Assembly (NCBI RefSeq): GCF_009914755.1
Contig: NC_060942.1
DNA from: the human T2T-CHM13v2.0 reference genome, Homo sapiens
Length of the DNA stretch: 64,000 bases
Direction: 5' to 3' (one strand)
The notes beneath the pieces are model-generated. The model made no database searches. It saw only the letters and a list, made by a program, of their open reading frames with translations, and was not told the DNA's origin. Numbering within the stretch: position 1 is the first letter of the stretch; every line of letters starts with the position of its first letter. Shown piece by piece: positions 17,818 through 32,992 of this stretch. The position numbers and the translations under genes were made by a program.

Positions 17818-17848
<31 letters not shown>

Positions 17849-18131
17849 CGTTGCTGTTTTGTGCTGTTTATTCCATGAGGGCTGTGTAAAGGAATGTTAA
17901 GGATAAGGCTGGAGGTACCACACAAATATCAAGAGGAACATCATGATAGACGTTAAATGCAAGCTTGCACTAGCTCTTTTAAAATGTACTGAGCATCAAC
18001 ACTCATGAGAGGAAGGGAAAACAAAAATAACAAAAATGTGTCAAGCAAACACAGGTAATAAATGTAAAATAAAATGGACCATATCAAAATAAAAAACTTA
18101 AGCCTCCCAAAGGCTATTTTCTAGAAATTTC

Positions 18132-18376
18132 TTTATCCAAAATCTATGGTTTTATAGATTTTATCCAAAATCTATGGTTTTATAGATTTTATCCAAAATC
18201 TATGGTTTTATAGATTTTAGCCAAAATCTATGGTTTTATAGATTTTAGCCAAAATCTATGGTTTTATAGATTTTAGCCAAAATCTATGGTTTTATAGATT
18301 TTAGCCAAAATCTATGGTTTTATAGATTTTAGCCAAAATCTATGGTTTTATAGATTTTAGCCAAAATCTATGGTTT
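18132..18376. repeat. 28-bp minisatellite, about 8.75 copies
   Basis: Unit TTTTA(T/G)CCAAAATCTATGGTTTTATAGA with exact period 28. Confidence 0.97.
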
Positions 18377-18451
18377 CTGAAATCCAAATTATTTATCACA
18401 TATCATGCACATATGCATTGGGCTTTTTACCTCTATGGCTTTACTCATGTC

Positions 18452-18580
18452 CATCTGTCTGTCTAAAATAGTCTTCCCAAACCTGTAAGTCCCCTAATTG
18501 AAATTACAAAAGGTGCCAAAAGGTATAATTTCAATTAGGGGACTTACAGGTCTGGGAAGACTACTTTAGACAGACATATG
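18452..18580. repeat. Inverted repeat, 55-bp arms, 19-nt loop
   Basis: 18452-18506 versus reverse complement of 18526-18580, 3 mismatches. Confidence 0.95.
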
Positions 18581-18965
18581 AAAATGTGGCACATATACAC
18601 CATAGAATACTATGCAGCCATACAAAAGGATGAGTTCGTGTACTTTGCAGGGACATGGATGAAGCTGGAAACCATCATTCTGAGCAAACTATTGTGAGGA
18701 CAGAAAACCAAACACCGCATGTTCTCACTCATAGGTGGGAATTGAACAATGAGAACACTTGGACACAGGGTAGGAAACATCACACACTGAGGCCTGTCAT
18801 GGGGTGGGGGGAGGGGGAAGGGATAGCATTAGGAGATATACCTAATGTAAATGATGAGCTAATGGGTGCAGCACACCAACATGGCACATGTATACATATG
18901 TAACAAATCTGCACGTTGTGCACATGTACCCTAGAACTTAAAGCATAATAAAACAAACAAAAAAA
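18580..18965 (+). mobile_element. L1PA5/6-like 3' fragment
   Basis: GAAAATGTGGCACATATACACC...CCTAGAACTTAAAG plus A-rich tail. Confidence 0.9.
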
Positions 18966-20327
18966 GAAATTACACCTTTTGTTCAAGGCCCAGTTCAAAT
19001 GCCAGACTTGGCATAATGTTTCCTGTCACTGAAGGCTTAAGTGAAGCAGCCTCCCTCCTGTATTTTTATAACCCTTAACCACATGTTGCCTTATACTATA
19101 ATCATTATCATTATGTCTTTAAACCTATATTAGGCCATAACCTCCCTGAAAGCAGTGGCCATGTGTTAAGAGTCATACACTTCCAGGACTGGAATGTCCC
19201 ATACCAGTTATACATCCTTATGCTTAAGTTCCTGATGAAGTAGCTATCTGTCTCCAGAGATGGAGCATCACCAAGTCTTAAGGCTGGCAGTCCATTCATC
19301 TCTGGGTACTTGACAATGTCTGGGAATGCTTTATGTATGGTGAGTGTTCAATATGTATTTTTTTCTGAAAAATGATCAATTTATTAAACACATACACAAT
19401 GCAAAAAATAAACCTAGCTATGCCACATTATTGTGCAATCAGTCTTTCAGAACCAGTTTCTACTCTGTAAAACAGAAATTGTTAATATTTTCTTCACATC
19501 ATTTCATGAGACTCAATGAGATAACATAAGTACAATTCCTAATACACTGCATACAATAAATGATATTCTACTCTAGTAATATCATTATCATCAATTTAAT
19601 ACCTTTCTCAATAATCCTTAACTTTTCCCAATCACTGTTTAACTTAACCTGCTTTTCCCAGGTTTGGGTAGAAGTTTTTCTGTGGCAAAACAATACAATC
19701 CCCCAATTAGTTTCTGGTGATCCCAGAGGGAGAGGAGAGAAGAGAAACATGGTTGTATTAAATTACTTAAAACAGCTGAACTTGACACTTCTAAAAAAAA
19801 AACTTCCCAGAATTTTCAAGAGAAAAATGGTGAGTCTTTAAACAAGCAACATTAAAGATTGCAGAAGGGATAAAGGAAAGCCTCCTGGACAAGGACAAAC
19901 ACGGGACTTCCGGAATAGACCAAAGGCTGATACTGATGCAGGAAGGGGGACAATAAAAGGCTAAAAGGCGTTTTCTTTTTCTTTCTCTCTCTCTCTCCCT
20001 CCCTTTGTCCTCCTTTATTCCTTCTTTCCTTTGCATGCCTTCCTTCCTTCCTTTCTCTTTCTCTTTCCTATCTCCCCTCCTTTCCTTTTTTTAAAAACTT
20101 TTTTATAAAACAGTGCATTATTACAGAGGTAGAGAAAGGAAAGAGAAGTTGTTCTGGGAATACTCTGCCAATCAAGTTTTAGATGAAAGACTGAAGGTGA
20201 CAGAAACAAAACAGGGAAAAGAGTGCTCAACAGAATGGAACCCATGATGAACTAACAAGAGAATGGATTATTCAGTTGAGAAAAACTGAATAAGGGGCAG
20301 GATGAATATAATTAAAAAGACAGGCTT

Positions 20328-20684
<357 letters not shown>

Positions 20685-22189
20685 CTAAGTATGTTAGTAA
20701 GTAGGAAAAAGATAATGAATTCAGGATTCCAAGGCTGAAATCTCCTCTATTTCAGTCCCAGGCATCAAGGTAAGCAAAGGGGATGCTGCAGCCAAGGAAA
20801 ATTTCTGTTCAGGGGCCTGCTTCTGGGTATCTCGTTTCATCACTACTTCCCTGATTTTGCCCCATTCTCTGTAGCCCTAGCAAAAGCCCTTTTGGGTCTT
20901 ACTCAAAGCTTTAGTTTTGGCAGCCTAATACTCCCACAGGCTTTCTTTAACCATAGCTTTTAACTTGCTAACAATAGTCTTCATGTCACAAGGCTTTCCT
21001 TTTAATTACCAATGTGACATTTACTACTTGTTTCTGTCTTCTGACATAAATAACAAATCACTTTTTCAACTGTGCAGTTTGGCAGCATGCACAAAACAGG
21101 CAGTGACTGAGCAGCCTACACACCCCATGGCAGCTTCCCCATTCACAAGTGCATCCTTTAAGATCAGCTCAACCACTGATCGACTCTGTGACATGAGCAA
21201 GTCCCAATCTCCTTAGGGCCACAGTGTCCTCATCTGTAAAATGGAGATGGTAAAATTATCTACTGTGAACGATAGTATCTACTTTACAGTGTTACGAGGA
21301 AAATGACATGAAATAATGTAGAAGATAATGTAAATAGAGTAGCACAGTAGAAGTGTTGGTTATTTTTGGTAGATGTGTGACCAGGGGCAATCCTTTGACT
21401 GACATCCTGGGCCTCCTACTCAAGTTTGAGCTTCTATCTTACTTTGCCTTTTATCTAATAGAGAGGACTCTGTGGTCTCTGAACAGCCTTTATCACGTCT
21501 TTCAGGACTCCGATCTCAGATAAACAACTGTTGGGTATGTGGACTCTGTGTAGCAATGCACAGCCTTGCTGTGACCTTGTGGGAGGCTCTCTGCCTCTAC
21601 TCTGCTCTGGGAATGAGTTAACTCCATTTGGGCCCCACATAATGCCTTCAAAATCCTTCTTTGACAGAGAGTAATTAAACTGATTTAACTAGGGACATTC
21701 ACTCCTTCTAATTATAATATTCCTCATGCTCATTAGTAAAATAAATGAAAATATAATCTCCCTCAAAGGGAGGTGTGAGAGTATTCCCATGCAAATACTA
21801 CTTTGTTTCTCCTCCCCTTTCTAATTAAACTTGAAAGAGTGGTCTGTACTTAGAACTCTACTTCCTGACCTCCAATTCTACTTATGCATTTTTCTCTTTA
21901 GCTTTTATCAGTCATACATGCAAGTACTAGAAAAGCAAAATAATGGAGAAAGATTTATAATGAAAAGCAACAATCTTTCATTCCTTCTTATTCACTTTTT
22001 ACAGCAACCACTCTAACTACTTTTCTTTTTAGATCTTCTGGTGGTTACCCCCCTAATATGACTTATTACCTTTATGTTGTTGTTTATGCATGCACCCATT
22101 TGAAACAAAGTCCCTCCTACTAACCAGAATTTAATCTATGCATACTAGGCTCCACTCATTTCAACTTTTAGTTTTTCTATTTTTCCTTA

Positions 22190-22770
22190 TGAATCAACTT
22201 TGAGGTATAATTTACATGTGAGAAAATGGAACCATTTTAAATGTCCAGTTAGCCGATTATTGACAAATGCTACATCCATGTAACTAAAAACAACTTCAAT
22301 ATATAGAACATTTCTGTCACCCTAAAAGTTCCTACAGGCCCTTTTGTGGTCAGTCATACCCCAACTGCCAGCCCCAAACAACCAGTGGTCAACTTTCTGT
22401 GACTATAGTTTTGCCTGCTCTAGAATTTTATATAAATGGAGTACACTATATACTCTTACATATCTGGTTTCTTTAACTCTATAAAGTATCTGATAGTCAT
22501 CCATGTAGTTGAGTTCATCACTTACTCATTTCTTTTTATAGGTAAGTAATATCCCATTGTATGGCAATAGCACAATTTGTTTACCCATTCATGTGCTGAT
22601 GAACATTTGGGTTGTTTCAAGATTTTGGTTCTTATGAATACAGCTGCTATGAAAATTCCTGTACAAGTCTTTCAGCATACGTATGTTTTGCCTTCTCTTG
22701 GGTACCTAGGCATGGAATTGCTGGGTCAGAGGTAGTGTGTATTTCACTTTTTAAGAAAGTTTCTTTTCCC
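22190..22770 (-). mobile_element. L1ME-like 3' fragment
   Basis: TTTGAGGTATAATTTACA...CATTTGGGTTGTTTC...GGAATTGCTGGGTCA. Confidence 0.7.
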
Positions 22771-24254
22771 TCTAGGTCTCACTCACGAATAGGAAGGCCA
22801 CCAGTAAGTTCTATGCATGTAATAAGAATTGCTGTGTCGTGTTTTAGGATGAGCAGGAGGGATGCCTGTCTCTGTCCTTTGTTAGGAGGAGGCTACACAT
22901 GCTAGAATGGAGAACAGCCTTACTAAAGTGGAGGCACATATATCATAGCAATGAAATTCCTCCCAGGTCTTTGTTTGTTTGTTTGTTTTTTTGTCTCTTT
23001 AGAGGTGTCTTCTGGTTTTCTACTTGGAATAAAATGCCTGTAGCACTTTCTCCATGGGGATGAAGGAAGGAGACGGGCTATGGAGAGCCTGTTGATACCA
23101 TCATTTGGTAGGCAGATATCCAATTAATCTCCTGCTTCCCTTCCTCACTCCTCCTTCCACATTACTGTCTCACTGAGTCTGAGGTCCCTGGACCTCCTTT
23201 CCCTTTGCCATACCTGTCTGTAGTTTCTCAGCTGCTGTTTCCTCCCTCTGGTTATCTATCTTCTAGAAATTTGTTGAACTCAAATTTGCTGATAGTCCTT
23301 CTCCCACTCTTTTCATTTTGCTAAGTTTGTTTATTTTTATTGGGGTCTTGGTAGAAAAAAGAAAAATGTTTATCTTTGGTCTGCAGTCCTCACCTGGAAA
23401 TTGGTGGATCTGATTCAGCACAGCAATCTAGCACCAGATCCTACCCCTGAAACTTCTCCAGCCAAGCTCAACAACGTCCTCTGCCACTTAAACCAAGGCA
23501 CACCTTTATGTTTTCACTTACACTCTGTCATATCTGAGACTGCATGACCTCTCTCCTGCCTGAAATGCTCGCTTGATTTTCACAATACTGCTCTCTCTAG
23601 ATTTTCTCCTGCCTTCTGGCCACTTCTTTCGGCCTTGTTTCCACACTTCTTGTTCTCTGCTCTTCACCTTCTCTCACTCTACACATTCTCCCTAGTTCTT
23701 GTGACCCAATGTACTCTTGTAAGCCCCACACTTGCAGTGTTCAGACAGCTCCTGTTCTGAAAAGCCTTCCTTAAGCTACAAGACTCAGAGAGACACCCTA
23801 AGTGTCCCCACAGTACAAGAGAGACTACTCTAAAATTTCTCACACTGCACCATATGGCCTGCTCACGGATCTGCTTCCTCCTCCAGCCTTATGCTTCCTG
23901 AAAGCCCAGAACTGTGAGTTTCTCATCCCCAGCAACTCTCCTAGCATACAGCTGGTGCTCAATAAATATTTGCTGGATTGAATTGAGATCATGGATATGA
24001 AAAAGTGCTTTATGTTTTATACATGTTATTACTGGTAATAAGAGTAAACAATTTTTACTTTGAAGAAAAAACACGCCAGGTAAAGATAAACCTCAAGCTA
24101 ATTAAAGAAAATCTAAAATTCTTAGTGCAATACAAATGAATGCCTGTTCATAAACTAATGATGCACATCTTCCTATGAAAACTGCATCTTCTTCATTCCT
24201 TGGCACCTGTTTAGAGTCAAACCAATTTAATTTCTCTCATCAAAACAGTCTCAC

Positions 24255-24760
24255 TCCCAAGTTCACAGCAGCATTATTTACAATAAACAAAGGTGGAAAC
24301 AACTCTAGTATCCATTGACAGATGAACAGGTGAACAATATGGCATATGCATATATACGTACAATGAACTATCATTCAGCCTTTAAAAGGAACAAAATTCT
24401 GACACATGCTACAATATACATGAACCTTGACGATATTACACCAAGTGAAATAAGTCAGTTGCAAGAAAGACAAATACTGTATGATTTCATTTATATGAGA
24501 TACCCAGAGTCATCAAGTTCATAGAAACAAAGGTAGAATGGTGGTTGCCAGGGGCTGATGAGCGGGAGAATGGGGTGTGACTGATTAATGCATTCAGAGT
24601 TTGTTTCTCAAGATGGAAAGAGTTCTGGAGACAGATGGTGTGTGGTAATAGTTGCACAACCATGTGAATGTATACTTAATACCATTGAACTGTACACTTA
24701 AAAATTGTTATGATGACAAATTTCATTATGTGTAGTTTACCACAATTAAAAATAAAAGAA
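24255..24760 (+). mobile_element. L1MB-like 3' end
   Basis: GTTCACAGCAGCATTATT...GAACTGTACACTTAAAA. Confidence 0.75.
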
Positions 24761-25681
24761 AAAGTCTCATAAACAAAATACTGTATTTTACCAGAATATT
24801 TTTGAAACAAAATTCTGACCAATGTCTAAAATGAAAATAATCAAATGGTAAAGAAAGGTATGCCAAATGCAAGAAGCACTATAAAGGACAAAAAAACAGA
24901 ATTACAGAATGACAACAGTAACAATTGCTGACATTCACTGAAGCTTATTAGATGCCAGGCACTATGCTAAATACTTAAATGCTTTATATAAATTAATTCA
25001 TTCAAAACGACTACAAGAGAAACGGGAGGCTTAGAGAGATTAAGTCACTTAGCAAAGGTTTCACAGCTCAAAAGTGGCAGAAATGAGATTCAAACCCAGG
25101 CGCTCTGGTTTAAAGCCCATGCTCTGGCCACTATCCGCCTGGACACTTTAGAATGAGAGGGCTGGGAAGCAGAAGGGGATATCTAAACTTTCCCTAAACT
25201 TTCAAGTATAAGAGACAAATGAAAACCAAATCAATTTTCTATGGAGTACCTTTTACGTACCAAGCACGTATGGCATGTAAGAGATTCAAATCCAATCCTG
25301 GATCTGAGAGCATCCACAGTCTATTGGGAGAGGCATATGTACATAAATAACCAGGCAGTACATGCCAGGAGTTGCCTAAGAGGTATCAACAGAGGGAAGA
25401 GGATGTTTAACACATGGTGTCTCCTGCAAACCCATACAATTCCTGGCAACACAAAGTGATGAATGAATATTGACTAAATGAAATAAAATCAGTATACAAA
25501 AATGTATTCTGTCTCAGAATGCATTTGGAGAAGAAAAGGCAAAAGGGTCAATTTTGCTTTCTTCTTCTCAAAGAAAAGAAATTTAACAGGTTATGGCAAT
25601 CATTGAAATTTAAATCACAATAAAAAGGAACCTGACTTTTTGTTCAGATTATACTTTATTTTTAATTAACTAATTAATTAA

Positions 25682-25977
25682 TTTTTTTTTGATATGGGAT
25701 CTCACTCTGTGGCCCAGGCTGGAGTGCAGTGGCCCAGTCATGGCTCACTAAACTCTTTTGACCTCCCAGGCTCAAGCACTTTTTCTGCCTTAGCCTCCTG
25801 AGTAGCTGAGACTACAGGCATGGGCCACTGCACTCGGGTAATTTTTTTTTTGCTTTTTGTAGAAACAGGGTCTCACTATGTTTCCCAGGCTGGTCTCAAA
25901 CTCCTGGGCTCAAGCAGTCCTCCCACCTCGGCCTCCCAAAGTGCTAGGATTACAGGCGTGGGCCACTGTTCCTGACC
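25682..25977 (-). mobile_element. AluJ
   Basis: Antisense Alu dimer with J-type diagnostics. Confidence 0.9.
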
Positions 25978-26433
25978 TCAAATTACACTTTAAATAGTTA
26001 TCACATGTTAAAAGGTTACCATATTAAAGATTCTAAGAGGCAGATAATGATCACATGAAATTTAAACCACCATATAAAATTCATACTGCAACCGGAACAA
26101 CCTCATTTTTCTAAACAGAGATGAGAGATTAAGAAAACACACTAGGACTCTGGAATGATCAACTTTGAAACCGCGGATTCAAGCAGTTTATCTTGCATCT
26201 TCTGCTGCCCTTTAGTTCTCTCTAGACTTAACATCTATCATCCTCCCCACAGCATTCCATGTAAACATTTGCTAATGTGCTAATGCCAAGAATTGGAAAG
26301 ATGTCTCATTTCCAGGGGCTTAAAATAATTGCTAATTGCTGCGCTTACCTCAAAATCATATGGGCACCTTCTATACTAAGATACTAAGTTTTAATTTTTT
26401 TTTACTGCACTATTAAGAACTTCTGCGTGAGTG

Positions 26434-26730
26434 TAGTCATGCACCACATAATGATGTTTTAGTCAACAATGGACTGCATATACATGGTGGTCCCATAAGA
26501 TGATAACAGACCTAGTGATAGCGCAGTGTCTTTGCAGCACAAAGCATTACTCTCGCTTGTTTGTGGTGATGCTGGTGTGAACAAACCTACTGCACTGCCA
26601 GTCCTATAAAAGTCTGGCACACACAATTATGTACAGTACATAATATCTGATAATGACAATAAACAACTGTTACCAGTATCTACATTTACTATACCATATT
26701 TTTCATCGTTTTTTAGACTGTACTCCTTTT

Positions 26731-26774
<44 letters not shown>

Positions 26775-27521
26775 TTAACTGTAAAATATCCTCAGGCAGG
26801 TCCTTCAGGAGGTATTCTAGAAAGCACTGTTGTCATAGATGACAGCTCCATGCATGTTATTGCCTGTGAACACCTTCCAGTGGGACAAGATGTGGAAATA
26901 AAAATCCTGACCCTCTGTAGGCCTAGGTGAATGTGTGTGTGTGTGTATCTTAGTTTTTATCAAAAAAGTTTAAAAAGTAAAAAAAAGTGATTTTAAAATA
27001 TTAAATTAAAATATTAATTTTAAAATAGAAAAGAGCTTAGAGAATAGGGATATAAAGAAAGAAAAGGTTTTTGTATAGCTATATAATGTGTTTGTGTGTT
27101 TAAGCTAAGTGTTATTATAAAGTCAAAAAGTTAAGAACCTTATAAAGTAAAAAAGGTTACTGTAATAACTCACTGACTCACCCAGAACAACTTCCAGTCC
27201 TGCAAGCTCCATTCATGGTAAGTGTCCTAGATAGGTATACCAGTTAAAAAATCTTTTACACTGAATTTTTTACTATACCTTTTCTATGTGTAGATACATA
27301 AATACTTACCATTGGGTTACAATTGCCTACAGTATTCAGTATGATAACATGCTGTACAGGTTTATAGTCTAGGAGCAATAGGCTGTACCATATCCTAGGT
27401 GTGTTGTAGGCTACACCATCTAGGTTTGTGTGAATATACTCTGTGATGTTTGCACAGTGAAGAAATTGCCTAACAATATATTTCTCAGAACTTATCCCTG
27501 TTGTTAAGCAATGCATGACCA
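26434..27521 (+). mobile_element. Tigger3-family (Tigger3b-like) DNA transposon with internal (TA)n at about 26733-26770
   Basis: TIR-like ends AGTCATGCACCACATAATGA / TTAAGCAATGCATGACC. Confidence 0.85.
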
Positions 27522-27533
27522 TATATACTATAC

Positions 27534-27586
27534 CTTGTCCCAATATCAAGCCAGCTGCCATAATCCTTGACCAAGAAGAAAAAATG
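27534..27586 (-). CDS. PIGN: PIGN exon 30 (53 nt)
   Basis: T13-acag|CAT... HFFFLVKDYGSWLDIGT AG|gtatag; includes the conserved GSWLDIG motif. Confidence 0.96.
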
Positions 27587-28614
27587 CTGTAAAAAAAAAA
27601 AAAGGCTTAATGAAAAACAAAGCTATTTAGATTCAGTCTAAAAACAAAGCTATTTTAGGACTGTATGTTTCAGATTTCTGACTCTAAGAATCACTATCTG
27701 ACTGTAATCAACAAGAATATGTCATTTACTGAAACTTTTGCTTGGATTAGAATTAGCAGTAGTCTAAAATCCAGAAATAGAATTATCAATCAAATGAACA
27801 CAAAAGTGACATTTCTGAATAATTAGAAATAAAGAAGAACAAGCCAACATCAATAAAAAAAACTAGATAATACTAAAGATGTCAGTGGAAAGAAGCCACG
27901 TCATCCATCTACCAACAAATATTTACTGTACTGACTACCTACTGTGTGCCGATCACTGTCTTAGGTGCTGGAGATAAACTCCTCCTCACAAGGCATAGGC
28001 TGTAGTAAATAATTCCATCAAATTATCAGGGGTGTGTGTGTGTGTGTGTGTAAGGGGGGGATGGAGGGAGTGTTATCATTGGAAAATATAGGCAATTATA
28101 GAAACAGAGGAAGGGGTTCATACCCTGATTAGAATGGAAGGGAAGGCTTCCCATTGCAAGGTGAAATCTAAGTAAAAAGTAGGAGTCAGATGAAAGGAGG
28201 TTTGGATAGAAAGAAGTTTCTGGCAGAGGGAATAGCCTATATATACATCAAGAGTCCAGAGAGAGCTTGGTAGTGTCAAAGGGAGGATGGTGTAGAGAAA
28301 ACAAGGATGGAGAGGTAAGAGAAGATGTCAATCAAATGAGCAGAAGTTATATCACAAATGGCTGTTCAAGTCAATTTATGCAATCTTTTTTATACAAAAT
28401 TAATCAGAATTTCAATCCTCTTCTATTAATATGTCTGTTTGTCACTTTGCACAAAACTGAAAGCTGATTTGCTCTCACATTATGTGTGGTCAGTTTCAGA
28501 AATACAATGAATAATGGTTCACCACCACACAAAAGTACTCTCATCTAAACCGAGTGACTAGGAATCTGATTTGGGAAGCTACCCTTATTAGTATTCCTAG
28601 TTACTTCTGGCATG

Positions 28615-29120
28615 GGATGTTATATGGTGACAAATTAACCTTACCCAAAAAGACCGCTGGTGTTCATTCTCAGCTACTGGGAGGCAATTTCTGGGCCCTT
28701 GGAATGTCATGGAATGTCATGCCTCATAGAAGGTTCTGCCTGAGGGCTTGGCCACTGGACAGTCTAATAATGTGATATATGATGAGGGCTTTGGGCCATA
28801 TTACCAGCTGTATCCCCAGAAGGGATTAAAGGTCAGCCAGGTAGGCAGTATGTGATCAAGCCCCACTAAAAAGTCTGGACAACAAAGCTTAGGTAAGCCT
28901 GGTTGGCAATACTCCATGTGTACTGTCACACATCAATAGTGGGAGGGTAATGCTGTCCTGATTCCACAGGGAGAAACAGAAGCTTGGCATTTGGTGTCCT
29001 GGACTCTGCCCTATGCACTGGAATAAACTGTAACTGAATATAACAGCATTCAGTGAGTTCAGTGAATTCTAGTGAATTACTAAAGCTGAGGGTGGTCTTG
29101 GGAACTCCCCAAAGTTGTAG
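28615..29120 (+). mobile_element. MER68/MER77-like ERVL LTR
   Basis: CCCTTGGAATGTC...TTGGCAATACTCCATGTG...GAGGGTGGTCTTGGGAAC. Confidence 0.6.
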
Positions 29121-29625
29121 ACATAAAATAGGTTCCTCTTTTTGTTAATGAGAGAGGCCTACCTACATACATCAGAACTCATTTATTGCAGCTACGTCTT
29201 GATTAACATCTTCCCAACAGAAAAGCTGTATTTCCTGTTTCCTTCCTTCCTTCCCTCCCTCTTTTCCTTTCATTTTTAATCTGAGAGAAGGGTTAAAAAT
29301 CAACATTTCAGTAGAAAAATGATGTATTATCTAAATTTAAAGTTAGCTTTTTCTGCTAATTTTCTTTGGAAGGTTCATTTCAGATACAAAGCAACATGGA
29401 AGACGAGGTATGACAAATTCAAGTAGTAAGACTTTTGACACCTGAAGAAGAGCACACATCCTGCATAACTAATATAAAAGAACATAATTTATTGTGTAAA
29501 TTATGCCAGCACTTACAACTCAACATCTAAAGATTTCACGTACCAAAATGCATTCATATTTCTCTTTATTAAATTAACCCAGGACTCTTAATCTAATTTA
29601 TATGGACTACCCAGTAATGCCTTAC

Positions 29626-29668
29626 CAAAGCCATAATGTCTGATATGACGAGAACAATGAGAAAAAGG
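29626..29668 (-). CDS. PIGN: PIGN exon 29 (43 nt)
   Basis: cag|C CTT... LFLIVLVISDIMAL|gtaagg. Confidence 0.96.
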
Positions 29669-29924
29669 CTGGAAAAAAAAAGAAGGAAAAATTACATCTA
29701 ATACAACAGGTGCATTTTTCAAGCTCATTAAAATCCAAGTGAGACTAGGCAAATAACCTAGTATTGTTGGTATTTTTGCTTCTGAAAATACAACTTTCAA
29801 AGGTTCTTTTCATATTATCATGGGTGACCATACCATAGAGATGAGCTGGACTGTAAAATGTGTTATTAAGTGCTCTGAATATTTATTTCAGTAAAATGAA
29901 AGGGACATACATTATGATTTTCAA

Positions 29925-31530
<1,606 letters not shown>

Positions 31531-31941
31531 TTTTAATAAATAATTGTTTTTCTAACCATAGGTTTGAAATAAAGACATGTAACTCAATAATTCACATATG
31601 CAGATATATACCACAAGTCAGACTGATCATATCTTACTGAAGTATAATTCCATTCAGACACATAATAAAGTGTGTTAATCTGATTAAGAGTTTGTAGAGA
31701 ATGCAATGGTCATCCAGTACAACCTTCTACCTAAAGCATGAATTCCCAAAGTATCAATCCCAATAAAGGCATTGTCTAGCACTAGTTTTAGTGGTTGCAG
31801 CAACAGAATCCACTCCATTTTCAGCAGCTCCAATTACCGCAGAGTTCTTTCTTCTGTGAATCAAAGCACAACAAATATTCTACCCTATGGACCCAGTTCT
31901 TCTGGAATAGAAAAATAATAAATACAATTCAAAAGAGCTTT

Positions 31942-32247
31942 AGAATGAGTGCGGTGGCTCACACCTGTAATCCCAGCACTTTAGGAGGCCGAGGTGGGTG
32001 AATTGCTTGAGGCCAGGAGTTCAAGACCAGCCTGGCCAACATGGCGAAAACCCGGCTCTACTAAAAATAGAAAAATTAGGCAGGTGTGGTGGCACATGCC
32101 TGTAAGCCCAGCTACTCGGGAGGCTGAGGCACGAGAATCGATTGAACGTGGGAGGTGGAGGTTGCAATGAGATCACACCACTGCACTCCAGCCTGGGTGA
32201 CAGAGTGAGACTCTGCCTCAAAACAAACAAACAAACAAACAAACAAA
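31942..32247 (+). mobile_element. AluS with (AAAC)n tail
   Basis: Alu dimer. Confidence 0.9.
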
Positions 32248-32617
32248 ACCTTTAAAAAACCTTTACATACCTTTTTTAAAAAGTTTTGATTTTTTAGAAA
32301 TATTTTTATTTTTCTAAAGATAATTATATTACTGTGTGACACAGATGATATTCTGGGATCCTTCTGAAGTTAAGACACATCTGATTAAGTTATTTATTGT
32401 CTTAGCCTCAGTTTCCTTATCTATAAAATGGTTGTAATAATATCTATATTTCCTAGTATCATTGGAAAAATTAAGTCAGGTAATATGTGGAAAGTACCTA
32501 ATACAGTGCCTGACATATGGTATCTGCCTAGTAAATATCGGTTTCATTCTCACTCCTTAAACAAAAGCTTTAAATGAAATTAAAGATATAATCTCTCCCC
32601 TTATGGAGTTCACAAGG

Positions 32618-32992
32618 TGTGTATTAGCTAGGGTTGCCATAACAAAGTCCCACAGATTGAGTGGCTTAAACAATATAAATTTCCTCATAGTTCTGGAGGC
32701 TGGAAGTCCAAGATCGTGTGTGAGCAGCATCGGTCTTATTTGAGGTCTCTTTCCTTAGCTTGTAAATGGCCATATTCTCCCTTAGGTTCACATGTTATCT
32801 CTTCTGTGTTTGACTGTGTCTTAATCTTTTCCTCTTATAAGGACATCAGTCATATTGGACTAGGGCCCACCCATATCACCTCATTTTAGTTACCTATTGA
32901 AAGGCCCTGTCTCCAAATTTAGTCATATTCTGAGGTACTTGGGGGTCAGGACTTCAACATAAGAATTTTAGGGGACACAAATCAGCCCCTAA
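32618..32992 (-). mobile_element. MLT1-type MaLR LTR
   Basis: TGTATTAG...GCCATAACAAA...CATAGTTCTGGAGGCTGGAAGTCCAAGATC...GGGGACACAAATCAGCCC. Confidence 0.8.

Noticed and set aside
18132-18376. CRISPR-like array of palindromic 28-bp repeats
   Set aside because: Units are head-to-tail with no unique spacers, there are no cas genes, and the context is a human intron; it is a minisatellite.
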